64,000 nucleotides of DNA from an uncultured delta proteobacterium (lineage in GTDB: Bacteria > Desulfobacterota > Syntrophia > Syntrophales > UBA2185): contig CAVOID010000009.1 of assembly GCA_963695875.1 (NCBI GenBank), positions 64,001 to 128,000 on the forward strand, read 5' to 3'. Under the pieces are notes generated by a model. That model saw only the letters and a program-made list of their open reading frames with translations, searched no databases and was not told the origin of the DNA. Both the position numbers and the translations under genes were made by a program. Shown piece after piece: positions 10,225 through 21,220 of this stretch. The stretch's first letter is position 1. The number at the start of each line of letters is the position of its first letter.

Positions 10225-10788
10225 TCAGTCCTTGACTCTTGTGAGATATTCACCACTCCGTGTATCAACCCTGATCTTCTCCCCTTCTTCTACAAAAGGC
10301 GGAACCTGAATTTGATAGCCTGTTTGCAGGATCACTGGTTTCGTTTTACCCGACACAGAATCGCCCTTAGCCCATGGTTCAGCTTTCACTATAACCAGGT
10401 CGACAAAATTTGGTAGGCTAACTTCCAGAGGCTTATCCTCGAAAAAGAGTATTTCCACTTCCAAATTATCGATCAAGAAATTTTTTGCCTCCCCAACTTG
10501 ACTTTTAGTGAGAAAAAACTGTTCGTAATTTTCATTATCCATGAAGCAGTATTTTCCCTCTTCTTCATACAGGTACTGCATTTTTTTTTGCTGGAGATCC
10601 GCCGGCTCAAAGGTGTCGGCCGACCTGAATGTTCGCTCAAACTGTGCTCCCGTAATCATATTCCGCAATTTTGAACGATACAAGGCCTGGCCTTTCCCGG
10701 GTTTTACAAAGTTAAATTCGGTAACGATATAGGGTTCGTTGTCAAGTTTAATCCTTAACCCCTTCTTCAAATCACTTGCGCTATACAT
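10225..10788 (-). CDS. efp: Elongation factor P
   Basis: VKPGKGQA loop with modifiable Lys; VDTRSGEY C-terminus. Confidence 0.98.
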   Translation of the reverse strand: MYSASDLKKGLRIKLDNEPYIVTEFNFVKPGKGQALYRSKLRNMITGAQFERTFRSADTFEPADLQQKKMQYLYEEEGKYCFMDNENYEQFFLTKSQVGEAKNFLIDNLEVEILFFEDKPLEVSLPNFVDLVIVKAEPWAKGDSVSGKTKPVILQTGYQIQVPPFVEEGEKIRVDTRSGEYLTRVKD

Positions 10789-10823
10789 GTTAAATTCGCT
10801 CCTTTCATCCTGATCCTGGTTCC

Positions 10824-11933
10824 TTAATTTGCTTCATCTCTCTTGTCAAAAAAATGTTCATCCGTTTCAAATCTTTCTGCAGGAAACAAGGAAAACGGAT
10901 GAAGAGGAAATTTACCTTTGCCCTCGGGAACATCATACACATACTGCGGTATACAAAGACCTGATATATTTCTCCATAATTTTTCCATGATACCTATCCC
11001 TGACAATATGTCTGTACGAAAATGATCCGTACCTTTTACCGGATCGCAATGAAACAAGTAATACGGTCTGACGGAAATCCGTTGAAGTCCGTAAAGCAGA
11101 TTACGCATCGTTTCATAGTTATCATTGATACCTCTAAGCAAAACAGATTGATTTGAGACAGGAACTCCTACTGCCAGCAGCATTTCGCAAGCACGCTCTG
11201 CCTCCGGAGTAATTTCGTTCGGGTGATTGAATTGGGTATTGAACCAAAGTGGACGGTATTTACGCAACATGGAACATAATTGTCGAGTAATTCGCATTGG
11301 CATGACCACTGGGATACGGCTTCCTATACGCAACACCTCTACATGGGGAATAGAACGCAAAGACCGAAGAAACCATTCAAGGGTGCTTTCCTCCATAGTC
11401 AGAGGATCACCGCCTGAAACGATAACTTCACGAATATGCGATGTTTGGGAAATATAATCAATCATGCGCCGGAGGTATCCTTTATTATATTCCGTCGCAT
11501 TAATCTTCCACATTCGCTTGCGATTGCAATGCCGACAGTATGTTGCACAGATATTTGTAATGACCGCAACACAACGATCAGGATAACGATGCACCAGGCC
11601 CGAAACGGGCATGTCCCGTTCTTCTTCGAGGGGATCGGTTACACCACCCAGTGAAAAATTTGTCTCCTTCTGATCGGGAAAACACTGAAGACGAATGGGA
11701 TCATTTTCATCAGCTGCATTCATTAAGGAAAAATAATACGGAGTTATGCTAAAAGGATAATATCTGGCAACGGTTCTGCATTCTTCGAGTTCCGCTGGAG
11801 CCACATTGAAGCATCCGGCCAATTGAGTAATGGTTTGTATCCGGTTATTATATTGCCACTTCCAATCAAACCAGTCTTTCTGTGATACGCCTGCCCATGA
11901 TCTGATAGATGTGGTATGCTTTATTGATTCCAT
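10824..11933 (-). CDS. epmB: KamA-family radical SAM lysine 2,3-aminomutase (EpmB role by context)
   Basis: HRYPDR, CATYCRHC, SGGDPL, NQSVLLRGIND, PYYLF; upstream of efp-epmA. Confidence 0.88.
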   Translation of the reverse strand: MESIKHTTSIRSWAGVSQKDWFDWKWQYNNRIQTITQLAGCFNVAPAELEECRTVARYYPFSITPYYFSLMNAADENDPIRLQCFPDQKETNFSLGGVTDPLEEERDMPVSGLVHRYPDRCVAVITNICATYCRHCNRKRMWKINATEYNKGYLRRMIDYISQTSHIREVIVSGGDPLTMEESTLEWFLRSLRSIPHVEVLRIGSRIPVVMPMRITRQLCSMLRKYRPLWFNTQFNHPNEITPEAERACEMLLAVGVPVSNQSVLLRGINDNYETMRNLLYGLQRISVRPYYLFHCDPVKGTDHFRTDILSGIGIMEKLWRNISGLCIPQYVYDVPEGKGKFPLHPFSLFPAERFETDEHFFDKRDEAN

Positions 11934-12606
11934 AGTCTGAGAGATTTTTTAAACGGGATTTTAAAAAAAGTTGATTTCTATAATAAAATTTATAAATCAA
12001 GGCATTATATATTACAAATTAGAACTTAAAAATTTCTTAATGACAAATAAATGCTTAGAAATCAGATCTCAAATAAAATGTTGCTTTCCTTTAGCATTAT
12101 ACTTTATATAAAAGAATAGGAAAATAAATTATTATTGAATAACTTAATCGATGAGAAGAGCATATACAAGACCTCGCCTGAACGAACAATACTCCAAAAT
12201 TTAATTGATTTCGGTTACGAATTTAGCCCATTGTTTCATAATCATTATGGAAATGTTCAATTACCAGGATAACCTGCCCTTTGATGAGAAAGCTTTGAAT
12301 GGAGATTATTAAGAGGTCTTAGCAGGGCTGAGGAAATGATCGGGGCACTTCTTAGACGTTGCATAATGAAACAGAATAGGCAATAATCTGTCTTTAATAA
12401 GGCTGGAGCGCGCAAGTTTCAAAAAGAATATGCCCATACCGGCTTGAAACAATTTTTTATGCGCAAGAGTATTCGTATGTGAATTATTTTTACCATGACG
12501 TTTGACTGAGAGGTATGGCCCTGTTAACCGGAAACCTCATTTGTTTCATCATCAAAAATTCAATTGTATGTCATAACGAAAAATAGTTTCTGTATCAAAG
12601 GAGATT

Positions 12607-13761
12607 GTGTCTATGAAATCAATATCGAAAGATGATCTGAAATCATTGATGAACAAGCAGAAAGGGCCTTGCATTTCATTGTTTATGCCCACTCATCGCG
12701 CAGGCGCTGAAATTCAGCAAAATCAAATCAGACTCAGAAATTTGCTTCGTGATGCTGAGGAAAAATTACTGGCGAGCGGCCTTCGTCCCGCAGAATCAAA
12801 GACATTGCTTGAACATGCTTCTGGACTCTTAGGTAATGTCATTTTCTGGCGACAGCAGAGCGACGGCCTTGCCGTATTTCTATCCGCTGATGTATTTAGA
12901 TACTACTGTCTGCCGATACATTTTGATGAATTGATAGTCGTCGCTGACCGTTTTCACGTTAAGCCTCTTCTGCCGGTACTCAGCGGTGATGGGCGCTTCT
13001 ATATTTTGACCCTTAGCCAAAAGGGAAGCCGTCTTTATGAAGGTACAAAGCAGAGCATCAGAGAAATTGAACTTGAAACGATCCCCAAAAGTCTTGCCGA
13101 AGCTCTTCAGTATGATGATCTGGAAAAACAAATCCGCGTCCATAGAGGAACGGCAAGGGGCGGTGAACGCGGATCAATGCTTTCGGGGGGCGGAGCAGAA
13201 CTGGATGATGCAAAGGAAAACATTTTAAAATATTTCCGACAGATCGACAAGGGATTACATGATCTGCTGAAAGATGAACGAATACCTCTGGTGCTGGCCG
13301 GTGTCGATTATCTCTTCCCGATTTATAGAGAAGCAAATACGTATCCTCATCTTATGGATGAAGGAATTACCGGAAATCCCAAGGGAATAAGTGCAGAACA
13401 TCTGCATAAACAGGCATTGGAGATCGTAAGACCACATTTTCAAAAGGCTGAACATGACGCTATCGCCCAGTACAGACAGTCTTCCGGTACAGGATTGACT
13501 TCCAATGATATTAAAGAAATTGTCCAGGCCGCATATCATGGACGGATTGCTCGCTCTTTGTCACCACAGGTCATCAGCAATGGGGGTTTTTTGATCCGGA
13601 ATGGAATGAAGTGCAATTACACGAATAAAATGACACCAGGTAGCGAGGGCCTTTTGGATTTCTCCGCAATCCAGACGTTCTTAAATGGTGGCAATGTTTT
13701 TTCGCTTCCTCGAGAAAAAATGCCGGATGATACACCGATAGCGGCAGTGTTTCGTTATTGA
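12607..13761 (+). CDS. Bacterial archaeo-eukaryotic release factor (baeRF family 3/7-like) protein
   Basis: PCISLFMPTHR, FWRQQSDGLAVF, RFHVKPLLP, PLVLAGV, C-terminal AAVFRY; compensating indels ~13550/13625. Confidence 0.8.
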   Translation: MSMKSISKDDLKSLMNKQKGPCISLFMPTHRAGAEIQQNQIRLRNLLRDAEEKLLASGLRPAESKTLLEHASGLLGNVIFWRQQSDGLAVFLSADVFRYYCLPIHFDELIVVADRFHVKPLLPVLSGDGRFYILTLSQKGSRLYEGTKQSIREIELETIPKSLAEALQYDDLEKQIRVHRGTARGGERGSMLSGGGAELDDAKENILKYFRQIDKGLHDLLKDERIPLVLAGVDYLFPIYREANTYPHLMDEGITGNPKGISAEHLHKQALEIVRPHFQKAEHDAIAQYRQSSGTGLTSNDIKEIVQAAYHGRIARSLSPQVISNGGFLIRNGMKCNYTNKMTPGSEGLLDFSAIQTFLNGGNVFSLPREKMPDDTPIAAVFRY

Positions 13762-13805
13762 AAAGGATACATAACTTATCCACCTATCTATAAGAAATCG
13801 CTTGT

Positions 13806-14777
13806 ATGGATTTGCAGAGACGCAAACTAAATGTAGCACGACTTTCAGTGCTGTCAAATACTGCTCTTGTCGTTATGAAGCTCGCTGTCGGGCTGATGAT
13901 CGGTTCAGTATCGATAATGTCTGAAGCAATCCATTCCGGAGTCGACCTTCTGGCTGCCATTATTGCCACATTCTCCGTCAAGCACATCCGGTCTCCCTGC
14001 CGATTCCAGACATCCATTTGGTCATGGAAAGGTTGAAAATATTTCCGGTACCATCGAGGCAGTGCTGATTTTTCTCGCAGCCATTTGGATTATCTATGAG
14101 GCCACAAAAAAACTTTTGAATCCGGAGCCTATTGAATACGTCAGTTGGGGCGTCGGCGTGATGTTAATTTCCACTGTGGTCAATATAATCGTATCGCAAA
14201 TGCTCTTCAAGGTCGCCAAAGAAACCGATTCCATAGCCCTGGAGGCTGACGCCTGGCATTTGCGAACGGATGTTTATACCTCCACGGTGTCATGGTAAGC
14301 CTTGCGCTGATCTGGATAGGTCATCATATTACACCTGACCCCAATATCCATTGGCTGGACCCGGTCGCTGCGATCGGGGTTGCAGTTCTTATATTAGGCA
14401 CCGCTTACAGATTGACAGTTCAGTCGGGCCGGGATCTGATGGACGTGACACTTCCTGCGGAAGAAGAGGCATGGATACGCACACTGATTATGACACACCA
14501 GCCTGTCATACACGGGTTTCATCAATTGCGCACACGTAAGGCCGGAAATTTCCGCTTTGTCGACTTCCATATTAAGGTCGAGCCACACATGTCTGTCGAG
14601 GAATCTCACAGAATCACCGATGAGTTATCAGAAAGCATTGAAACGCACTTCCCCAAAACGAGTGTCACCGTTCACACCGAACCCTGTGACGGCAACTGCG
14701 TCGGTTATTGTCTGACCGGATGTCTCCTGACCGAAAAGGAGCGGAAGAGTGTGATGCAAAAAAACCGGCGAATTTAA
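13806..14777 (+). CDS. Cation diffusion facilitator (FieF-like); frameshifts near 13980 and 14285
   Basis: SEAIHSGVD, HPFGHGKVE, ADAWHLRTD, LRTRKAG, SHRITD, HTEP. Confidence 0.92.
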
Positions 14778-14851
14778 TACATCTGCTTTGAATGTTCAGA
14801 TATCAAAATCGCTGACAGAATCTTACATGATGCAGAAGCCATTCAGTTTTC

Positions 14852-15836
14852 TTAACCCTTGTAAATAAACCTTTCGAACAACTTATGAAAAGGAGTCCAG
14901 CGAGAATCATCTATCACTGGAATCTTCGATGAATTCCTGAAAGGCATTAACCTTTGCATCGAGATCGTCAATGTGATGTACGATCAATGCCTCCAGAGTC
15001 TTCGGACGTTTCGGTGAACCAAATTCATGAGTGCCATGATGACTCAGCACGAGATGGCGGAGTTCCATGGCCAAGTGCTCCGGAAAATCTTCTAGAGCGG
15101 CAATTTTGGTATCCAGCATCTCTATACCGATCACGATATGCCCGATGAGTCTGCCCTGATCGCTATAATCAAAAATACTGTCATAGGAATATTCATAAAT
15201 CTTCCCTATGTCATGGAGAATCCCGCCCGTTATCAGAAGGTCCCTGTTGATGCCCTCATAGTGTGTAGTGAGCTGATCAAGCAGGCGAATCACCGAGAGG
15301 GTGTGTTCGAGGAGGCCTCCAATATACACATGATGAAAACCTTTTGCAGCAGGGGCCTTTTTAAACAGGGCTGCTATCTTCTCGTCGTGGAAAAATAAAT
15401 GCAGCAATGTCTTCAGGCATGGGGTCTCGATCTGCTCGATAAAGGCCATGAGGTCTGCGAACATCACATCGATGTCTCCTTTTGCAACAGGTAAATATTC
15501 GGCCAGATCTATGTCAGCATCATCAACTTTCCTGAGACCCGTTATGGAAATTTGAACGGTATTTTTAAAACTGACGACTCCCCCATGAGCCTGGATTACA
15601 TCCCCCTTGTTAAACTGTTTATCCCATTCGATCGCATTTTCCCATATCTTGCCGTCGACCTCGCCTGTTTTATCCTTGAGACGAATGTTCAGATACGGGG
15701 CTCCCTTCTGAGAGAAAGCCATGTTTTTCTCCGTAACAAGAAATGAACCATTGATTTTCTCGCCAGGCTTTATATCCTTGATATAGATAGTTTTCATTTT
15801 CATAAATAAATCCGCCTTTTCTTTATTGCTATTCAT
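14852..15836 (-). CDS. yhaM: OB-fold/HD-domain 3'-5' exoribonuclease YhaM/Cbf1 family (frameshift near 14910)
   Basis: LKDKTGEVDGKIW OB fold; PAAKGFHH, GGLLEHT, LHDIGK, SHHG; C-terminus DSRWTPFHKLFERFIYKG in shifted frame. Confidence 0.88.
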
Positions 15837-17751
15837 TTATTTTTCTCTCAAGATACGATGGTCACCCGCCCTGATGGTTAGCTTTGTTATATCAAAGTAT
15901 TCCATCAACGGTATGACGAATTTTCTCGAAAGACCCGTCAACTCTTTGAAGCTTGCCGGTGTCGCCTTGCCGTCTCTCAAAAGGAGGTTTTTATAATTTT
16001 CTCTGAGTCTGAGTAATACGTCTCTGTGAAAGTAAAGGTCTTCATTAATTTTTATCAAAGAACCTTCCTTTAGCATTACATTAATGACGCTTTCGGTCAG
16101 GTTCTTCCGGTCTGCAAATTTTTCCATGAGTTGCTTTACCGTAGGAGGGGTAAGCCCTGCCCCGGTATAGATTCCGGAAATTTCGACACGCAGATCCTCC
16201 AGTTCTCCCTTCAAATCGACCGAGTGCCCCGAGATGCGAAGATTTTCCCTATCAACAACTATTTCCCTCCTATTTTCAAGATCTCTGACAGCCATATTGA
16301 AAAGCCTTGGACTGATTAATTGCCCTATTATATTCCTCAACTCTCCTTTTGATATACCCTCTTTTAGGGGATATCTTTCGTGGTATGCCTGCATTTCAAG
16401 AAGAATCTGCCTCTGTAGATTCTGATAAACTGGAAAAGATATAACCTTGGATTCATCAACGTCTATAATAACAGCCTGTCCTTTTGAATGCATCGATTTA
16501 AACATGTTCTTAAGGAGATTTTGATGAATTCCCGACCTCATCACAAGCTGAAGGAGGTCAATGCCTTCAATGCCGGATCTCTTAATAATGACTGCAACTC
16601 TTTCGGAATCACTACCACTATAGAGCAGATCAAATTCATGCAGTATCTTTTCAGAATTCCTTTTATGTTTTCTGGCAGGAAGAGGGTCGATAATTAGCCC
16701 TCCTCCAATTGTCGTAACAGGCGAGTAGCTCCTGATGACAAACCTATCTCTCGCCATTGCAGCAATGGGAGACGCAAGAATAATCTGTGCATAGCCCTTG
16801 CTCCCGGGTTCCATCTCTTCACTATCGAGGAGTATCATTCTACCTATGACTTCATTTGTCCCCACATGAAACCGTGCCAGATTCCTGTTCTTCAATTTTT
16901 TGGTGTTATTTGATAAATATTCAATGTACAGATCAAGGCGACTTGATGGCTTAAGCGTTTGAGGCCTGGCAAGGACATCTCCTCTCACTATAGTCGCCTT
17001 TTCGACCCCCTGCAGATTTATGGCCGTCCTCTGGCCAGCCTCAGCAATCGTTGCACTCTGATTATGGATTTGAATACCCCGAACCTTCGCGGTAACTCCC
17101 TGTGGCAATATTTCCACATCTTCGCCCAGTCTTATATCTCCGGAAATCAGGGTCCCCGTAACGACCGTCCCGAATCCTTTCATGGTAAACACCCTGTCGA
17201 CAGGCAACCGGAAAAGACCTGCATCTGATTCTCTTTCTATTTCAGATGCCGCACTATCCAGTGCATCCAGTAAGTCTTTAATGCCCGCACCTGTCACTGA
17301 AGAAACCGGGACAACAGGAGATGATTCCAGAAATGTTCCCTTTAAAAATTTATGAATATCCTCTGTCACAAGATCGAGCCATTCCTTATCTACCATGTCA
17401 ATCTTCGTGAGGGCAACTATGCCCCTTTGTAATCCCGAGGAGCGAGCATATATGGAGATGTTCCCGGGTCTGGGGCATGACACCCTCATCTGCCGCTATC
17501 ACAAGAATCACCATATCGATACCGGCAGCTCCGGACACCATATTCTTTATGAATCTTTCATGCCCGGGTACGTCCACTATGCCGAATGTCTGACCGCTTG
17601 GTAAGGTTAGAGAGGCAAAACCAAGCTCAATGCTGATCCCCCTCTCCTTCTCTTCTTTGAGCCTGTCCGTATCAATACCGGTGAGAGCCTTGATAAGGGC
17701 TGTCTTCCCATGATCAACGTGGCCGGCTGTACCAATGATGATATGTTTCAT
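15837..17751 (-). CDS. selB: Selenocysteine-specific elongation factor SelB (frameshift near 17430)
   Basis: [35 protein letters not shown]-terminal winged helix with [15 protein letters not shown]. Confidence 0.96.
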
Positions 17752-17920
17752 GCGGTCTAAATAACAAACTAACTGGTGTTTAACAATAGAAAAATCCCAT
17801 CTTTTTGTATTTTTGCCCATTTGTTGGCTGCAGATGATATGCTAGATTAATGCACTTTTTTCTTGAAAAGTTTAGACTGAACTTGATAGCAAGAAGTGGT
17901 TTAAAAGGATTATGCTTTTC

Positions 17921-18358
17921 ATGCGTATACTTGGTCTTGATTACGGCAGTAAAAGAATCGGGGTCGCAGTTTGTGATGAGTTGGGAATCACTGCCCAGGG
18001 TCTTGCCACCATCACCAGAAAAAATAGAAGGCAGGATCTCGAAGAGATCGCCAGATTTATAAGGACATATGTTGTGGAAAAAATTGTAATAGGCTACCCG
18101 ATAAAACTTGACGGCACTGAGGGTATCCAATGTGAAAAAATCAACAAATTTGCACAGCTTTTGGAATCCACATTCTCCCTTCCTGTTATCAAATGGGATG
18201 AAACCCTTACGACAAAAGAGGCAGAAGAAATACTCATCCGGTCTAATATGCGCAGGGAACGAAGAAAGACTGTGGTTGATAAACTTGCTGCCTGTTTGAT
18301 TCTTCAGGGATATCTGGACTCTCAGGGGCGTTATGAAAAAGAAAAAAATCGTTCATAA
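17921..18358 (+). CDS. ruvX: RuvX/YqgF pre-16S rRNA nuclease
   Basis: ILGLDYGSKRIGVA, WDETLTT, VDKLAACLILQGYLD. Confidence 0.93.
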   Translation: MRILGLDYGSKRIGVAVCDELGITAQGLATITRKNRRQDLEEIARFIRTYVVEKIVIGYPIKLDGTEGIQCEKINKFAQLLESTFSLPVIKWDETLTTKEAEEILIRSNMRRERRKTVVDKLAACLILQGYLDSQGRYEKEKNRS

Positions 18359-19356
18359 ATATAAAAGGAGCCTTGCCGTTTTTACGACGGCTCTGGTGCT
18401 TTCAATTTTTTTGGCAATAGTACACTATGCCATCAGCCCGGTAGACAATCGAAATGAGATCGTTACAGTCGACATTCCAAAAGGTACCAGTTTCCTCCAA
18501 TCAGTTGACAACCTCGAAAAAGCTGGTTTAATAAAATACAAATATCTATTTTACCTGCTGGTGGTTTCAAGAAATGCACAGGGCCATATCAGAGCAGGCG
18601 AATATGAACTGACAACCTCGATGTCCCCGATGGAAATCATCAACAAACTGGTGAAGGGTGACATCAAATCATATTTAGTTACCATCCCCGAGGATATCAC
18701 GGTTCGTGAAATAGCTTCACGTCTGGCCTCTTTTAAATTAGTCGAGGAAAAGGTTTTTTTATCCCTGTCTTCAGATGCAAAATTCCTTGCCTCTTTAGGT
18801 ATAGAAGGTGCCAGTGCGGAAGGATATCTCTATCCGGACACATACCGATTAGACAGATCGATGAGTCGCGAAGGATATAATGAAGATTATGGTGAATCAA
18901 TTCTGGAAAATGTTTACCCCGGAGATGCAAAAAAGGGCGGAGGACCTTCGCATGACAATACCCCAGGTTATAACACTGGCCTCTATAATCGGAAAAGAAT
19001 CTGGATATAAGGATGAAAAACGCCTGATTTCAGCTGTATTTCGCAATCGACTGAAAAAGGGGATGAAACTGCAAAGCGATCCTACTGCCGTTTATGATCT
19101 CAATAATTTTACTGGAAATATAACGAAAAAACATCTGATGAGAGATGCACCTCATAATACATATCGTATCAGTGGATTACCTCCCGGCCCTATCGCAAAC
19201 CCCGCCATCGATTCACTTCATGCAGCCCTTTACCCTGCACCCGTCAATTATCTGTATTTTGTGTCTAATAATGATGGCTCCCACCAATTTTCATCCAACC
19301 TCTCGGCTCACAACAAAGCGGTTTTAAATTATCAAATTAAAAGAAAAAAAGAGTGA
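18333..19356 (+). CDS. mltG: Endolytic transglycosylase MltG (frameshift near 18865)
   Basis: [42 protein letters not shown]. Confidence 0.93.
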
Positions 19357-19364
19357 TTTTTTTC

Positions 19365-19426
19365 TTGACAAACAAATTTTCCCTCCTTATAGTTAACCAC
19401 AGTGGAGCAAAGTGGATTATTGTGGA
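19365..19426 (+). promoter_or_regulatory. sigma70 promoter of the dcw operon with three MraZ-type direct repeats
   Basis: TTGACA 19365-19370, 17 bp, TATAGT 19388-19393; GTGGA at 19402, 19412, 19422 (10-bp period). Confidence 0.85.
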
Positions 19427-19436
19427 GGGAATTCTC

Positions 19437-19883
19437 GTGTCCGTCTTTAGGGGTCAGTATTATCATTCCATAGACGACAAAGGCCGGATCATCTTTCCCG
19501 CAAAGCTGCGGGAAGTCTTCGCCGAAAAATACGACAACAGACTGGTTATAACAAATTGGGAAAGTTACCTGATGGTCTTTCCCTATGATGAATGGCGGAT
19601 CATAGAGGAGAAGGTCAGTCATCAATCCCTATTAAGAAAAGAAGTCAGGGCATTTCAACGCTTCTTCATGTCTGGTGCCGTGGATTGCTCTTTTGACAAT
19701 CAGGGACGAATTCTAATTCCTCCCAACCTGAGAGAATACGCAGCCCTTGAGAAAGACATCGTTCTGGCAGGTATGATTAAAGTCATAGAGATATGGAGCA
19801 AAGAACGTTTCGATGATGAGATGAAGAAAGCTGCAAGTGACGTCGACAGTTTCAGTAAATATATGGCGGATTTAGGAATATAA
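19437..19883 (+). CDS. mraZ: Transcriptional repressor MraZ
   Basis: [14 protein letters not shown] and DNQGRILIP motifs; GTG start after GGAGG. Confidence 0.96.
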   Translation: MSVFRGQYYHSIDDKGRIIFPAKLREVFAEKYDNRLVITNWESYLMVFPYDEWRIIEEKVSHQSLLRKEVRAFQRFFMSGAVDCSFDNQGRILIPPNLREYAALEKDIVLAGMIKVIEIWSKERFDDEMKKAASDVDSFSKYMADLGI

Positions 19884-19898
19884 GCAAAGGCCTATGGC

Positions 19899-20838
19899 AT
19901 GTGCTCTTTTCATACACCGGTCATGCAGAGAGAGGTTATTGAGTCCCTTCGCTTCCGACCGGGGGGTATATACGTGGATGGAACCGTCGGAGGGGGCGGA
20001 CATGCCTTCGAGATTCTCCGGGAGACCTCTCCCGATGGCTTATTGATAGGTATCGATGTCGATGATGACGCGCTCCGTGAATCGGAAGAACGATTAGAGC
20101 CCTTTGGTAACAGGAAGATCCTCGTAAAGGGTAATTTTGCAGATATCAATACAATCTTAGACAATTTAAACATCAAGGGAGTTGATGGCATCCTCCTTGA
20201 TTTGGGGGTTTCTTCCTATCAGCTGAAAACAGCGGACAGGGGCTTCAGTTTTTCTCTGAATGCTACCCTTGATATGCGAATGGATCAGAGCCATGGAACT
20301 GAGTGCTTACGATATTATCAATACTTTCCCAGAAAAAGAATTAGTAAGGATCATTAAAGACTATGGCGAGGAGATCATGGCGGAAAGGATTGTAAAGTCG
20401 ATATCTGCTCGAAGGAAGGTGATCCCCGATCAAGACAACGGCTGACCTTGCCGATATTATTGTCAGGGCATTACCCTCTAGATTCAAACCCAAAAAAATT
20501 CACCCCGCAACCAGAACCTTCCAGGCAATCAGGATATACGTCAATAGTGAGCTTTTGAATCTCTATAACGCCATAGATCGCGGCGTTGATGTACTCAACA
20601 AGTCCGGGCGCTTTTCTATTATATCATTTCATTCCCTGGAAGACAGAATTAGTAAAAAATTGCTTCCGCTCATGGGAAAAAGGATGCAATTGTCTTCCGG
20701 ATATCCCCATATGCACCTGTCATAGAAAAGCCAAATTGAAGGTATTGACAAAAAAACCTTTAACGCCCGCGAGCTTCTGAAATTGAATCTAATCCGAAGG
20801 CAAGAAGTGCCAAACTAAGAACAGCAGAGAGGATTTAA
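19899..20838 (+). CDS. rsmH: 16S rRNA m4C methyltransferase RsmH (several frameshifts)
   Basis: HTPVM, DGTVGGGGH, DLGVSSYQL, LDMRMD, HPATRTFQAIRI, SFHSLED, NPKARSAKLR in shifting frames. Confidence 0.95.
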
Positions 20839-20841
20839 TCA

Positions 20842-21199
20842 GTGCAGTCAGAAGAAGTTATTCATGGCAATGTATGCGAAGGTGAGGAGAAAGCGTCTAC
20901 CGAATTAAAATATTCACCTTTTATCTTTGTCACCTTAGTGCTCATGGCGGTGGCCCTTGTTTATGTATGGTCACATATCCGCATGACTGAGCTGGAATAC
21001 AAGGTTGCCGAGGAAATGAGCATAAAGGAAAGCCTCATGGAGGAACAGCGGAAGTTGAAAGTTGAAATTGCAACTTTGAAATCGCCCCAAGCGACTTGAG
21101 GCAATCGCAAAAGAGAAATTGCAGATGTCATATCCTACGAGGGATCAGGTTATAATACTTAAAAATGATGACCTCGTAAAAAATAATAGTACCGATTGA
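20842..21199 (+). CDS. ftsL: Cell division protein FtsL (frameshift near 21090; end approximate)
   Basis: Single TM, coiled coil, LKSP / RLEAIAKEKLQM; between rsmH and ftsI. Confidence 0.85.
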
Positions 21200-21220
21200 A
21201 TATGATCAGGAAATACTATT

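Noticed and set aside
12480..12560. Fourth copy of the shared stress promoter before the baeRF gene
   Set aside because: Only TTTTTACC matches; no GTAG/CTAC dyad and the downstream spacing differs
11934..12606. Lysine riboswitch or ncRNA upstream of the aminomutase gene
   Set aside because: No L-box core elements recognisable; region is AT-rich with only short broken frames
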